Part shown: positions 1-10,712 of the stretch, one piece after another
Layout: every line of letters begins with the position of its first letter
Position numbering within the stretch: the stretch's first letter is position 1
Assembly: GCA_965204755.1 (NCBI GenBank)
Contig: OZ242011.1
Span: forward strand, 672,001 to 736,000
Length of the DNA stretch: 64,000 nucleotides
Reading direction: 5' to 3'
From: Candidatus Marinacidobacterium sp.
GTDB taxonomy: Bacteria; Acidobacteriota; Vicinamibacteria; Marinacidobacterales; Marinacidobacteraceae
Program-made: the position numbers and the translations under genes
Notes under the pieces: generated by a model
Told to the model about the DNA's origin: nothing
What the model saw: the letters and a program-made list of their open reading frames with translations, nothing else
Databases searched by the model: none

Positions 1-1247
1 GGCCCGGTGGAGACGAGGCGGATCGGCGTGGCGGAGAGTTCCTCGATCGTCTCCAGGTAGCGGCGGGCGCCGGCCGGGAGGTCGCCGAGCCGGGTCACTC
101 CGCGGGTGGACTCGCTCCAGCCGGGCAGCGTCCGGTATTCCGGTTCGCAGCGGGCGAGCGCCTCGGGTTCGCCCGGGAACTCGTCCACCGGGTCGCCGTC
201 GAGCCGGTAGCGGACGCCGACCCGCACTTCGTCGAGGCCGTCGAGCACATCCAACTTGGTGATCGCCAGTTCGTCGAGGCCGTTGATCCTCCGCGCGTAG
301 CGGAGGACGACGCTGTCGAACCAGCCGCAGCGGCGGGGGCGGCCGGTGGTCGCGCCGAACTCGGCCCCGCGCTCCCGGATCCGCCCGTTCATCGCCTCGT
401 CCATCTCGGTGGGGAGCGGCCCCTCTCCCACCCGGGTCTGGTAGGCCTTCGCCACGCCCAGCACCCGGCCGACCGCCCGGGGCCCGACCCCGGCGCCGAC
501 CGCCGCCCCGGCGGCGACCGCGGTGGAGGAAGTGACGAACGGGTAGGTGCCGTGGTCGAGGTCGAGCAGGCTGGCCTGCGCCCCCTCGAAGAGCACCCGC
601 CCGCCGCGCTCGAGGATCCGGTGGACTTCCAGCGAGGTGTCCGCGATGAGCGGGAGCGCGCGCCGCGCGAACCGGTCGAGCAGCGCCCGCGCCGCCGCGG
701 TCTCCTCCTCGGTCCTGGCCGCCGACCAGCCCAGCAGCGAGGCGCGCGCCTCCATCAGGCGCGCGAGCCGGGCGTCGCGGTAGTCGGGGCGGCGGAGGTC
801 GTTCAGGCGCAGCCCGCGGCGGCCGGCCTTGTCCTCGTAGGCCGGGCCGATCCCCCGCCGGGTGGTGCCGATCCGGTGGGCGCCGAGCCGCTCTTCCTCC
901 CGCGCCTCGACGGCGCGATGCACCGGCAGGATCACCTGCGCCCGGTCGGAGAGCAGCAGGCCCTGGCAGGGGTCGAGCCCGGCCGCCTCCAGCCCGTCGA
1001 TTTCGGCGAGCAGGGCTTCGGGGTCCACCACGCAGCCGTTCCCCACGATGGAGCGGACGCCGGGGTGGAGGACGGCGGACGGCAGGAGATGCAGGATGAA
1101 CTCGCGCCCGTCCACCACCACGGTGTGGCCGGCGTTGTGCCCCCCGCCGAACCGGACCACCGCGTCGAAGTCCGGCGCGAGCAGGTCCACGAACTTCCCC
1201 TTCCCTTCGTCGCCCCACTGGGTGCCGACGACCGCGACGCCGGGCAT
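1..1247 (-). CDS. purA: adenylosuccinate synthetase (3' end runs off the window edge)
   Basis: Reverse-strand translation from ATG 1247 gives MPGVAVVGTQWGDEGKGKFVD; also GGGHNAGHT, EGAQ, YPFVTSS, EFGATTGRPRRCGWFD and ITKLDVL motifs. Confidence 0.97.
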   Translation of the reverse strand, partial: MPGVAVVGTQWGDEGKGKFVDLLAPDFDAVVRFGGGHNAGHTVVVDGREFILHLLPSAVLHPGVRSIVGNGCVVDPEALLAEIDGLEAAGLDPCQGLLLSDRAQVILPVHRAVEAREEERLGAHRIGTTRRGIGPAYEDKAGRRGLRLNDLRRPDYRDARLARLMEARASLLGWSAARTEEETAAARALLDRFARRALPLIADTSLEVHRILERGGRVLFEGAQASLLDLDHGTYPFVTSSTAVAAGAAVGAGVGPRAVGRVLGVAKAYQTRVGEGPLPTEMDEAMNGRIRERGAEFGATTGRPRRCGWFDSVVLRYARRINGLDELAITKLDVLDGLDEVRVGVRYRLDGDPVDEFPGEPEALARCEPEYRTLPGWSESTRGVTRLGDLPAGARRYLETIEELSATPIRLVSTG

Positions 1248-1310
1248 GTCGGTTCCCCTCGGGTCGCGGGCGGCCGGAGCGGAGTCGGGACGGGGGCGCG
1301 GTTCGCCGCG

Positions 1311-1883
1311 CTACTCGAGACCGAGCAGCGCCCGGATCTCTTCTTCGAGGCGCGGCGGCGTGCGCTCCGGGTGGAACCCGAGATGCCGCTTCCGCACCAG
1401 CCCGCTCCGGTCGGTCATGTAGGTGGTCGGCACCAGACTCACCCGGAACCCTTCGTCGGCCTCCACGGTCGAGATCAGGTTCGTGTAGGTCACCCCGTAC
1501 TCGTCGAGGAACGCCTGCACCTCTTCGTCGGCGGGCAGCCCGTCGTCCACATGGAGGCCGACGACCACCAGGCCGTCCTCGCGGTAGCGGTCCTCCAACT
1601 CCTGGAAGAAGGGCAAGGACACCCGGCAGGGGCCGCACCACACCGCCCAGAAGTCGAAGACCACGACCTTCCCCTCGAACCCGCGCAGGGAGACCCGGTT
1701 CCCGGCGAGGTCGCGGAGCGAGACATCCGGGGGCGGCTGCCCGATCACGCCCCGCCGGCGTTCGGTCTCCTGCCCGGGGGCCGGGGCGGTCGCCGGCCCT
1801 TCCGCGGCGGCCGCGGACCCGGCGGCGAACGCGGCGGGCAGCAGTCCGGCCGTCAGGCGGACGGCGGGGAGGAACGGTCTCAC
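1311..1883 (-). CDS. TlpA/ResA-family thiol-disulfide oxidoreductase with signal peptide
   Basis: FWAVWCGPC motif; GTG start at 1883 overlaps the trxB stop (GTGA). Confidence 0.88.
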   Translation of the reverse strand: MRPFLPAVRLTAGLLPAAFAAGSAAAAEGPATAPAPGQETERRRGVIGQPPPDVSLRDLAGNRVSLRGFEGKVVVFDFWAVWCGPCRVSLPFFQELEDRYREDGLVVVGLHVDDGLPADEEVQAFLDEYGVTYTNLISTVEADEGFRVSLVPTTYMTDRSGLVRKRHLGFHPERTPPRLEEEIRALLGLE

Positions 1884-2860
1884 GCGGGGGTCGAAACCGC
1901 GGCGACGGGCGCTTCCCGCTCCGCGAGCCACCGCTCGCAGGCGATCGCCGCCATGCACCCGGTCCCGGCGGCGGTCACCGCCTGCCGGTAGGTGGCGTCC
2001 ATCACATCGCCGCACGCGAACACCCCTTCCACCGAGGTCGTGGTGGCCCCCGGATCCACCTTCACATAGCCGGTGGGTTCGAGGTCGAGTTGGCCGGCGA
2101 AGATCGCGGTGTTCGGCTCGTGGCCGATGGCCACGAACAGCGCCTCCACCGGAAGGTCGGTCAGCGCGTCCGTCTTCCGGTTCCGGATCCGCGCGGCGGT
2201 CACCCCGTCCTCGTTCCCCAGCACTTCCTCGACCACGCTGTCCCAGATGAACCGGATCCCGGGATGGGCCTTCGCCCGGTCCCCCATGATCCGCGAGGCC
2301 CGGAGTTCGCCGCGCCGGTGGATCACATGGACGGTGGTGGCGAACCGGGTGAGGAAGAGCGCCTCCTCCATCGCGGTGTCGCCGCCGCCGACCACCGCCA
2401 TCTCCTTTCCCCGGTAGAGCGCGCCGTCGCAGGTGGCGCAGGCCGAGACGCCGCGGTTCAGGAACTTCTTCTCGGACTCCAGCCCGAGCCAGCGCGCGCG
2501 GGCGCCGGTGGCGGCGATCACCGACTCCGCGAGGATCGTCCCTCCGCCGACGCGCACCCGGAACGGACGCGAGGAGAAGTCCACCGAGTCCGCATCGACC
2601 AGCCGCACTTCGGTCCCGAACCGCTCCGCCTGGTCGCGGAACAGGGCCATGAGTTCGTACCCGGTAACCCCCTTCGGGAAGCCGGGGTAGTTCTCCACAT
2701 CGGTGGTCAGCATCAACTGCCCGCCGGGGAGCATCGTCGGATCGAGTCCGGCGCCGGCGAGGAGGAGCGGCTCGAGCCCGGCGCGCGCGGCGTAGATCGC
2801 GGCGGTGTATCCGGCGGGGCCGCTGCCGATGATGACGAGGCGGCGGACGGGGTCGGGCAC
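1880..2860 (-). CDS. trxB: thioredoxin-disulfide reductase
   Basis: IIGSGPAGYTAA, SACATCDG, GGGDTAMEEA, YRQAVTAAG motifs. Confidence 0.97.
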   Translation of the reverse strand: MPDPVRRLVIIGSGPAGYTAAIYAARAGLEPLLLAGAGLDPTMLPGGQLMLTTDVENYPGFPKGVTGYELMALFRDQAERFGTEVRLVDADSVDFSSRPFRVRVGGGTILAESVIAATGARARWLGLESEKKFLNRGVSACATCDGALYRGKEMAVVGGGDTAMEEALFLTRFATTVHVIHRRGELRASRIMGDRAKAHPGIRFIWDSVVEEVLGNEDGVTAARIRNRKTDALTDLPVEALFVAIGHEPNTAIFAGQLDLEPTGYVKVDPGATTTSVEGVFACGDVMDATYRQAVTAAGTGCMAAIACERWLAEREAPVAAVSTPA

Positions 2861-2875
2861 GAGCGGCGGGCGAGA

Positions 2876-3850
2876 CTAGCACCAACCCGGCGGCCCGCCG
2901 CCTTCGGGAGCGGTGGCGCGGGAGAGCGCGGCGTAGGCCTCCACCGGAAGGCGCTGGGGGCGGGTCCCGGGGTCGAGACCGAGCCGCGAGACGGCGGCCC
3001 CGACCCGCTCCCTCAGGCTCTCGTCGGGGAGCCGGAGGACGGCGTTCCCGAGGGTCTTCCTCCGGTGCCGGAAGAGGTCGCGCACCAGCGACCGGAAGTG
3101 GGCCGAGTCGCCGACCGCGGGCGCGTCGGGCCTCGGGAGCAGCCGGACCACGGAAGCCACGACCCGCGGCCGGGGGCGGAACGCCGCCGGATGGATGCGG
3201 AACAGGATCCGGGGGCGGAGCGCCTGCTGCACGACGACGGAGAGCGCCCCGTACTCGGGGTCGCCGCACCGGGCGGCGACCCGCGCGGCGACCTCGCGCT
3301 GCAGGGTGAGGGTGAAACTCGAGAACGGCGCTCCGGCGGCGCCCGCCTCCAGCAGGCGGAGCAGCAGCGGCGAACCGACCGAGAACGGCAAGTTCCCGCA
3401 GACCGGGACCGGGAGCGGCGCCCCGAACCCGGCGAGCGCCGCGGCGAAGTCGAAGTCGAGCGCGTCCGCGGTGACGAGCCGGAGACGGTCGCCGAAACCC
3501 CGCGTCCGCGCCCTCTCGGCCAGCGCGGCAGAAAGCCGGGGGTCGAGTTCGACCGCCAGCACCCGGGCGCCGGCGGCGAGGAGCGGCAAGGTGATCGCCC
3601 CCCGACCCGGCCCGATTTCCACGACCCAGGGGCCGCCCTCCGGCGGAGAGCCGCCCTCCGGCGGAGAGCCGCCCTCCGGCGGAGAGCCGCCCTCCGGCGC
3701 GCCGGCCCGGAGCACCGCCGCCGCGAACCGCTCGGCGACGGAACGGTCGTGGAGGAAGTTCTGACCCCGCGACCGGGTCGGGAAGAACCTCCGGGGCGCG
3801 GTCCCGGTCACCGGCGCCGGCCCCGACCCGCCGCGCCCGACCTCGACCAC
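2876..3850 (-). CDS. rsmA: 16S rRNA m6,2A dimethyltransferase (start uncertain)
   Basis: GQNFL, VVEIGPGRG, GNLPF, YGALSV, FRHRRKTLGN motifs. Confidence 0.93.
   Translation of the reverse strand: MVEVGRGGSGPAPVTGTAPRRFFPTRSRGQNFLHDRSVAERFAAAVLRAGAPEGGSPPEGGSPPEGGSPPEGGPWVVEIGPGRGAITLPLLAAGARVLAVELDPRLSAALAERARTRGFGDRLRLVTADALDFDFAAALAGFGAPLPVPVCGNLPFSVGSPLLLRLLEAGAAGAPFSSFTLTLQREVAARVAARCGDPEYGALSVVVQQALRPRILFRIHPAAFRPRPRVVASVVRLLPRPDAPAVGDSAHFRSLVRDLFRHRRKTLGNAVLRLPDESLRERVGAAVSRLGLDPGTRPQRLPVEAYAALSRATAPEGGGPPGWC
3632..3699. repeat. 18-bp tandem repeat (~3.8 copies) inside rsmA, encoding (PEGGSP)n
   Basis: GCCGCCCTCCGGCGGAGA at 3632, 3650 and 3668, partial copy at 3686. Confidence 0.95.
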
Positions 3851-3962
3851 CCGCCGGCCGCCGGTCGATGCGGAGAGCGCCCCGCCGGGAAACCGAACGC
3901 GGACTTCATGGCGTTCCGGCAGGGCGGGCCTGGCGGTGCGTTCTCCCCGCGGCCCGACACAG

Positions 3963-3991
3963 TTGAAGCATCACTTTAGGTTTGTTAGCCT
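3963..3991 (+). promoter_or_regulatory. sigma70-type promoter for uppP-ftsK-amidase
   Basis: TTGAAG-17 bp-TAGCCT with TG extended -10, in an AT-rich divergent intergenic region. Confidence 0.55.
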
Positions 3992-4096
3992 ATATTCCCG
4001 CGTATCAGTTACTTCGGGGGATGTCCGACCTGACTCGAAACCGACGCCCCGGAGGACCTGTCGAACGGTATCGGAACCGGGAGCGGGCCGTGAACC

Positions 4097-4975
4097 ATGG
4101 AAATCGCCGCCGCCCTGCTGCTGGGGGCGCTGCAGGGTCTGACGGAGTTCCTGCCGGTGTCGAGTTCGGGACACCTGGCGCTCGCCCGGTCGCTGCTGCC
4201 GGCGGGCGCGCTGTCCTCGCCGGGCATCCTGTTCGAGGTCGTCGTCCACCTGGGGACGCTGGCCGCGGCGCTGGCGCACCTGCGCCGCGAGGTGGCCGCG
4301 GTGGCTAGGTCGCTCCTCCCGCGGGCCGCCGGCCCGGCCGGGGACGCCGCGCGCGGCCACCGGCGGCTGGCGTGGCTGCTGCTGGTCGCGGCCGCCCCGG
4401 CGGGGGCGGCCGGCATCCTCTTCGCCGGCCCCGCGCGCTCCGCCTTCGCCGGCCCGGAGGTCGCCTCGCTCGGCCTGCTGGCCACCGGGGCGGTGCTGCT
4501 CGGCTCGCGGCGTCTCGTGGCGCGGGATCGCGCCGCCGGGGACGGGGCGTCTCCGGCAACGGCGGCGGCAGACGCCGCGCCGAAGAGCGCCGGGGACGCG
4601 CTCCGGATCGGGCTCGCCCAGGCCGCCGCCATCCTCCCCGGGGTCTCCCGCTCCGGGATGACGATCGTCGCCGGGCGGATGCGCGGCATGACCGGCGGCG
4701 CCGCCGCCCGGTTCAGTTTCCTGCTGTCCGCGCCGGTGATCGCCGGCGCGGCGGTGGTCGAAGGAGCGAGCGCGTTCTCCGGCGGCGCTCCGGCCGGCGC
4801 CGGGGCGGCGGGGACCTGGGCCCTCGAACTGGCGCTCGGCTTCGCCGCGGCGTTCCTCTTCGGGAGCGCGGCGCTCCGCTGGGTGTTCCGGTGGCTGGCC
4901 CGCGAGCGCTTCCACCAATTCGGTTGGTACTGCCTTTCGCTGGGAGGGATCGGTGTCGGTCTTTCGGGCGCTTAG
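4097..4975 (+). CDS. uppP: undecaprenyl-diphosphate phosphatase
   Basis: QGLTEFLPVSSSGHL and PGVSRSGMT motifs; multiple hydrophobic segments. Confidence 0.95.
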   Translation: MEIAAALLLGALQGLTEFLPVSSSGHLALARSLLPAGALSSPGILFEVVVHLGTLAAALAHLRREVAAVARSLLPRAAGPAGDAARGHRRLAWLLLVAAAPAGAAGILFAGPARSAFAGPEVASLGLLATGAVLLGSRRLVARDRAAGDGASPATAAADAAPKSAGDALRIGLAQAAAILPGVSRSGMTIVAGRMRGMTGGAAARFSFLLSAPVIAGAAVVEGASAFSGGAPAGAGAAGTWALELALGFAAAFLFGSAALRWVFRWLARERFHQFGWYCLSLGGIGVGLSGA

Positions 4976-7364
4976 GAGCCTCTTCGCCCACCGGTGGGCG
5001 GCGGCGGTGGCGCTCTTCACCGCCGGCGCCGCGCTCCTGCTGGCCCTCGTCTCCCACTCGGCGGCCGACCCGGTGCCGCTGCTCACCGCCCGCGCCGGCG
5101 GCGCCACCGCGAACTGGCTGGGGCCGGCCGGCGCGTTCCTCTCCGAGGCGACGCTGCGGCTGTTCGGCGTCGTGGGTTTCCTCGTCCCGGCGGCGTTCCT
5201 CCACGCCGGCCGGAGGCGGCTCCACGCGCCGGCCGAGCCGGCCGACCCGGACCCGGCGGCGCTCCGGGCGGTGATCCTCTCGAGCCTCCTGGTCAGCGTG
5301 ACCGGCCTCGCCGCCCTCGCCGGGCAACTGCTCACCGGCGGCGTCCCGGGCCGCGGGCTCTGGGGCGGGTATGTGGGCGCGCTGCTCGCCTCGTCGCTCT
5401 CGAACGCGCTCCATCCCTCCGGGGCCGGGCTGGTGCTCCTCGCGCTCGGTTTCATCAGTTACGGGGCGCTGGTCGGCTGGGACTTCCGCCGGGCGGAAGC
5501 GACCGAACCGCCCGCCCCGGCGCCGACGCCGCCCGAACCGGCGCCGGCCGGTTGGCCGGCCCGGCTCCGGCAGCGCTGGGGTTCCTGGCGGGAGCGCCGC
5601 GCCCGCCGGGAGAAGGCCCGGCGGTTCGTGGCGCGCATCCACCGGCGGCCGCGCCGCTCCCCCGAGGAGCCGCCGGAGGGATCCGGACTCGAGGACGGCG
5701 CCGCGGAAGAGGCGACCGCCGGGGAAGAGGCGGAGGCCTCCGAAAGCGGTTGGGCCGACGGGGAGGACTCGACGGACCCGCCCGCCCCGAAGCCGCGGCC
5801 GGCGGAGCAGCCGGCCCTCCTCTCCGCGGCGCCGGCCGCCGCGAGGAAGAAGGGCGCCCGGAAGGCGCCGGCCGCCGACGCTCCCGCGCAGTGGAAACTG
5901 CCGTCCCTGCAGTTGCTCACCCGGCGGACGGCCCGTTCCGCGCCGGCCCAAAAGGCGCTCGAGGCGCGCCGCGGCGCCCTCGAAGCCGCCTGCGCCGAAT
6001 ACAAGGTGCGGGGGGAGGTGGAGCGCATCCGGCCCGGCCCGGTGGTCACCACCTTCGAGTTCCGGCTCGGCGAGGGGGAGACCCTGCGCAAACTCAGCAG
6101 CCGCCACGAGGAGATCTGCATGGCGCTCCACGCGCCGGCGATCCGGGTGGAGCGGGTTCGCGGGAAGGGCGTCGTCGGGATCGAGGTGCCCAACGAGGAA
6201 CCGGCGGTGGTCGGACTCCGCGAAGTCCTGGAGTCGCCCGAGTTCCAGGAGGAGGCCGGCGCCCTCCCCGTGGGGATCGGCCGGCTGGTGAACGGACGCC
6301 CCCTCGTCCGGGACCTGGCGGAGATGCCGCACCTGCTGGTGGCCGGGGCCACCGGCGCCGGGAAGTCGGTGCTCATCAACACCCTGCTCTGCTCGCTGCT
6401 CGCGCGCCGGACCCCCGACGAACTCCGGCTGATCCTCATCGACCCGAAGCGGGTGGAACTGCGCCCCTACCGGGACCTCCCGCACCTGCTCACGCCGGTG
6501 ATCCTGGAGCCGGAGAAGGCGAAGAATGTCCTCTTCCACGCCTGCCGGGAACTCGACCGGCGGACGCGGGTGCTGGAGCAGCACGGGATGCGGAACATCG
6601 CCGGCTACAACCAGTACTGCCGGCAGGCGGCGGAGGCGCAGTCCGGGAAGCGGGGCAAGAAGGGTGCGGAGCCGGAGGAACTCCCGCAGCCGCTGCCCCG
6701 CCTGGTGATCGTGGTGGACGAGTTGGCGGACCTCTTCATCCACGCCCGGGCCGAAGTGACCCCTTCCATCCAGCGGCTGCTCAGCCTGGGGCGGGCCGAG
6801 GGCATCCACCTGGTGCTCGCCACCCAGCGCCCCTCGACCGACATCGTGAGCGGGACGCTCAAGGCGAACCTGCCCACCCGCATCGCCTTCCGGGTGGCCA
6901 GTTATGTGGACTCGCGGACGATCCTCGACCGCACCGGGGCGGAACTGCTGCTCGGCAAGGGGGACATGCTCATGATGCGCCCCGGCGCCGACCTGCCGCG
7001 GGCGCAGGGGGCGCTGGTGGACGAGAAGGAAGTCGGGCGGCTCACCCGGTTCTGGGCGAACCAGGGGACGCCGGCGCTCGACGAGGGAATGCTCGTCGCC
7101 GAGGAGGAGGCCGGGGGCGGGAACGGCGTGCGCCAGGCGGCCGGCGCCGGGGACGCCTCCGCGAAGCCGTCCGGGGGGGACGCGCTGCTGCCGCAGGCCC
7201 GGGAGTTCATCGTCCGCGAGCAGAAGGCCTCCACCTCGATGCTGCAGACCGAAATGGGGCTCGGCTACCAGCGGGCGCGCCGCATCATCGCCGACCTGGA
7301 GCGGCAGGGCGTGGTCGGCCCGCAGAAGGGCGCCCAGCCCCGCGAGGTCCTGGTCCAGGAGTAG
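4953..7364 (+). CDS. ftsK: DNA translocase FtsK
   Basis: N-terminal TM region; PHLLVAGATGAGKS, IDPKRVEL, VDELADL, ATQRPS; C-terminal gamma domain. Confidence 0.96.
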   Translation: MSVFRALRSLFAHRWAAAVALFTAGAALLLALVSHSAADPVPLLTARAGGATANWLGPAGAFLSEATLRLFGVVGFLVPAAFLHAGRRRLHAPAEPADPDPAALRAVILSSLLVSVTGLAALAGQLLTGGVPGRGLWGGYVGALLASSLSNALHPSGAGLVLLALGFISYGALVGWDFRRAEATEPPAPAPTPPEPAPAGWPARLRQRWGSWRERRARREKARRFVARIHRRPRRSPEEPPEGSGLEDGAAEEATAGEEAEASESGWADGEDSTDPPAPKPRPAEQPALLSAAPAAARKKGARKAPAADAPAQWKLPSLQLLTRRTARSAPAQKALEARRGALEAACAEYKVRGEVERIRPGPVVTTFEFRLGEGETLRKLSSRHEEICMALHAPAIRVERVRGKGVVGIEVPNEEPAVVGLREVLESPEFQEEAGALPVGIGRLVNGRPLVRDLAEMPHLLVAGATGAGKSVLINTLLCSLLARRTPDELRLILIDPKRVELRPYRDLPHLLTPVILEPEKAKNVLFHACRELDRRTRVLEQHGMRNIAGYNQYCRQAAEAQSGKRGKKGAEPEELPQPLPRLVIVVDELADLFIHARAEVTPSIQRLLSLGRAEGIHLVLATQRPSTDIVSGTLKANLPTRIAFRVASYVDSRTILDRTGAELLLGKGDMLMMRPGADLPRAQGALVDEKEVGRLTRFWANQGTPALDEGMLVAEEEAGGGNGVRQAAGAGDASAKPSGGDALLPQAREFIVREQKASTSMLQTEMGLGYQRARRIIADLERQGVVGPQKGAQPREVLVQE

Positions 7365-7368
7365 TCCG

Positions 7369-9267
7369 ATGCGGATCCCCACCCGTTTCCTCGCCGCCGC
7401 CGGCCTCTTCGCCGCGGCGCTCTCGTTCTGCTCCGCCGCCCCCGCGCCGGCGGCCGAGAGCGCCAAGCGGCTCTACGAGACGGCGCGCACCGAGGAGGCG
7501 CGGCTTCGCCAGTCGGCCTCCGCGAAGCGGTCGCGCTCGGCGTGGGCGCGGGTGGGGCAGAAGTACCACGCGGTGGTCCGGGCCTATCCCCGGAGCGGCT
7601 ACTGCGACGACGCGCTCTACTACCAGGGCGGCGTGTACCGGGACGCCGCGGAGCGGTTCGACGACCGGGAACTCGCCGCGAAGGCGCGGGACGCGTTCGC
7701 CCTGCTGAGCCGGGGCTATCCGTCGAGCAAGTGGGCGGCGAAGGCGCTGCTGGAGCAGGTGCGGCTCCACGCCGGGAGGCTCGACGACCCGGCGGCGGCC
7801 CGGCGGGCGGCCGAGCGCCTGAAGCGGCTCGCGCCGGACGCCCCCGAAGCGCGGCTCGCGGCGGAGGCTCTGGCCGGTCCGCCCGCCGCGCCGGCCCGCT
7901 CGCCCGACGAGCCCGAAGACGCGCCCGATGACGGGCCCGACCGGCCGGCGGGCCGGTTGGCGAAGCCGGCGGAGACGCGCCGGGTGGCCGACCGGCCGGC
8001 GGCGTCGGCCCGGAAGGCGCCGGCCCGGCCGTCGAGCGGCGCGGCCGCCGGCAGGACGACCGGAGGGGCGACCGGGACGGTGGACAACATCCGCCACTGG
8101 GTGGGGGAATCGCACACGCGGGTGGTCATCGACCTCAGCCGCGAGGTCCCGTACACCGAGGGGCGGCTGCGGAACCCGGACCGGGTCTTCTTCGACCTGC
8201 GCGGGGCGGTGCTCTCCGAGGAACTCCTCCACCGCGAATTCCCGATCGACGGCTCCCACCTGCAGCGGATCCGGGTCGCGAACCACGACGCCGGCGTGGT
8301 GCGGGTGGTGCTCGACCTGGCGAGCATCCGGGAGATGTCCGTCTTCGGGCTGCCCGACCCCTACCGGCTGGTCATCGACATCCACGGCGCTCCGCTCCGG
8401 GTCGCGCGGGCGGACGGCGCCGCGCCGGCGTCCGGGGAGGCACCCGCCTCCGGGGCGGCGGCAGCGAACGCCGGAAACCCGTCCCCGGAGGACGCGGCCG
8501 CCGCGGCGCCGACGAGCAGCGGCGGGGGGTATTCGCTCGCCCGGCAACTCGGCGCCAATGTGAAGCGCATCGTGGTGGACGCCGGGCACGGCGGGAAGGA
8601 CCCGGGCACCCGGTCCGGGAGCCTCCGCGAGAAGGACATCGTCCTGGACATCGCGAAGCAGGTGGAGAAGGAACTCACCGCCCGGGGCTTCGAGGTGGTC
8701 ATGACCCGGGACGACGACGAGTTCGTGCCGCTGGAAAAGCGCGCCTTCATCGCCAACGACTCCGGCGCCGACCTGTTCCTCTCCATCCACGCGAACGCCG
8801 CGCGGAACAGGCGCGCCCGGGGGCTCGAGACCTTCTACCTGAACCTCGCCGACTCGCCGGAGGCGGAGGAAGTCGCGGCGCGGGAGAACGCCACCGCGAA
8901 TGTGCGGATGGCGGACATGCCGAAACTCATCGAGCAGATCATGAACAACAACCGCATCGAGGAGTCGCGGGAACTCGCCGGCGCCATGCAGCAGAGCATG
9001 GCGATGCGCGTGCTGGGCCGGGAGGAGCACCCCCTGAACCGGGGGGTGAAGACCGCCGGCTTCCATGTCCTGCTCGGCGCGAAGATGCCGGCGATCCTGG
9101 TGGAGGTCGGCTTCGTGAGCAACCGCGCGGAGGCGAAACTCCTGAGGACCGAGCCCCACCGGAAAAAAATCGCCGTCGCCATCGCCGACGGGGTCGCGCG
9201 GTACCTGACCGGACTGGGCCAACCCACCGCGACGACGGCCGCCGGCGCCCCCTCACCGCCGCGGTAG
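7369..9267 (+). CDS. N-acetylmuramoyl-L-alanine amidase (signal peptide, TPR-like, AMIN, Amidase_3)
   Basis: VVDAGHGGKDPG, LREKDIVL, FLSIHAN, PAILVEVGF; AMIN-type RVVIDL and PYRLVIDI. Confidence 0.93.
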   Translation: MRIPTRFLAAAGLFAAALSFCSAAPAPAAESAKRLYETARTEEARLRQSASAKRSRSAWARVGQKYHAVVRAYPRSGYCDDALYYQGGVYRDAAERFDDRELAAKARDAFALLSRGYPSSKWAAKALLEQVRLHAGRLDDPAAARRAAERLKRLAPDAPEARLAAEALAGPPAAPARSPDEPEDAPDDGPDRPAGRLAKPAETRRVADRPAASARKAPARPSSGAAAGRTTGGATGTVDNIRHWVGESHTRVVIDLSREVPYTEGRLRNPDRVFFDLRGAVLSEELLHREFPIDGSHLQRIRVANHDAGVVRVVLDLASIREMSVFGLPDPYRLVIDIHGAPLRVARADGAAPASGEAPASGAAAANAGNPSPEDAAAAAPTSSGGGYSLARQLGANVKRIVVDAGHGGKDPGTRSGSLREKDIVLDIAKQVEKELTARGFEVVMTRDDDEFVPLEKRAFIANDSGADLFLSIHANAARNRRARGLETFYLNLADSPEAEEVAARENATANVRMADMPKLIEQIMNNNRIEESRELAGAMQQSMAMRVLGREEHPLNRGVKTAGFHVLLGAKMPAILVEVGFVSNRAEAKLLRTEPHRKKIAVAIADGVARYLTGLGQPTATTAAGAPSPPR

Positions 9268-9303
9268 GTCGCCTCCGGGCCGCGGCGGCGGCGCGGCGCC
9301 GCG

Positions 9304-9379
<76 letters not shown>

Positions 9380-9523
9380 GCGGGAGCGGGCGCGCGGCCG
9401 CGCGGGCCGGGCGCAGCCGGTTAGTCTCGCACAAGGCGCGGCGGCGCCCCGCCGGCGGGAGGCGGCGTTCCGCGCGCGCCCGGCGCGGATCGCCGCCCCG
9501 GTCAACGCCCCGGAGCGCGCCGG

Positions 9524-10570
9524 CTACGCGCCGGCGGCGTCGGCCTCGGGGGCCTTCGGCGAGATCCCCATCGCCTGCCGCACCTTCCCGGTGATCTCGG
9601 CGAGCAGCGGCTCGTCCTCGAGCAGCCGGTTCCGGACCTTCTCCCGGCCCTGGCCGATCTGTTCGCCGCCGTAGGAGTACCAGGCGCCGCTCTTCTCGAT
9701 GATGCGTTCCTTGACGGCGATGTCCATGAGGTCGCCGATCCGGGAGATCCCCTCGCCGTAGCGGATGTCGAACTCCGCCTGGCGGAACGGCGGCGCGACC
9801 TTGTTCTTCACGATCTTGATCCGGGTGCGGTTCCCGACGGTCACATCGCCGTCCTGGAGTTTCCCGATCCGGCGGATGTCCACCCGCACCGACGAGTAGA
9901 ACTTGAGCGCCCGGCCGCCGGTGGTCACCTCCGGGTTGCCGTAGGAGACGCCGATCTTCTCCCGCAACTGGTTGATGAACACCAGGCAGGTGGAGGACTT
10001 GGAGACGATCCCGGTGAGTTTGCGGAGCGCCTTGGACATGAGCCGCGCCTGCAGCCCGACCTGGGCGTCCCCCATCTCGCCGTCGAGTTCGGCCCGGGGG
10101 ACGAGCGCCGCCACCGAGTCCACGACCACGACATCCACCGAGCCGCTCCGGACCAGCGTCTCCGTGATCTCGAGCGCCTGTTCGCCGTCGTCCGGCTGGG
10201 ACACCAGCAGGTCGTCGATGTTCACGCCGAGCGCCCGGGAGTACACCGGGTCGAGGGCGTGCTCGGCGTCCACGAAGGCGGCGATCCCGCCCCCGTCCTG
10301 GGCGGAGGCCACCACATGGAGCGCCAGGGTGGTCTTGCCGGAGGACTCCGGGCCGTACACCTCGACGACGCGGCCCCGCGGGAAGCCGCCCACGCCGAGC
10401 GCGGCGTCCACCGAGAGCACGCCGGTGGGGATCGCCGAGATGTCCAGGGAGTCGTTGGAGCCGAGCCGCATCACGGCCCCCCGGCCGTGCTGCTTTTCGA
10501 TCTGCTGCAGGGCGATGTCGAGCGCGGAGGCGCCGCGCGCGGCGCCCTTGGCTTTGGTTTCCTTCGGCAT
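9524..10570 (-). CDS. recA: recombinase RecA
   Basis: [44 protein letters not shown]. Confidence 0.99.
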   Translation of the reverse strand: MPKETKAKGAARGASALDIALQQIEKQHGRGAVMRLGSNDSLDISAIPTGVLSVDAALGVGGFPRGRVVEVYGPESSGKTTLALHVVASAQDGGGIAAFVDAEHALDPVYSRALGVNIDDLLVSQPDDGEQALEITETLVRSGSVDVVVVDSVAALVPRAELDGEMGDAQVGLQARLMSKALRKLTGIVSKSSTCLVFINQLREKIGVSYGNPEVTTGGRALKFYSSVRVDIRRIGKLQDGDVTVGNRTRIKIVKNKVAPPFRQAEFDIRYGEGISRIGDLMDIAVKERIIEKSGAWYSYGGEQIGQGREKVRNRLLEDEPLLAEITGKVRQAMGISPKAPEADAAGA

Positions 10571-10697
10571 CAGGGTCGGAGCCTCCCGGCTCCCTTGGGG
10601 GTTGGGCCGGCGCCGGTCGGTTCGCTTCCGAACCGGCGGCGCCGGGCAGGCGGAAAACGGCGGAATTCCGGGAGGAACCCCTCCGCTGCCGAATACT

Positions 10698-10712
10698 GAA
10701 CGGATGACGAAC
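10698..10712 (-). promoter_or_regulatory. putative LexA box GTTC-N7-GTTC upstream of recA
   Basis: Plus strand GAACGGATGACGAAC equals GTTC-N7-GTTC on the recA strand, ~130 bp upstream of the ATG. Confidence 0.6.

Noticed and set aside
547-3979. Long plus-strand ORFs (552-1991, 2090-3979) and similar long Arg/Pro/Gly-rich ORFs throughout the window
   Set aside because: Antisense or off-frame shadows of real genes, caused by stop-codon scarcity at very high GC; no recognisable motifs.
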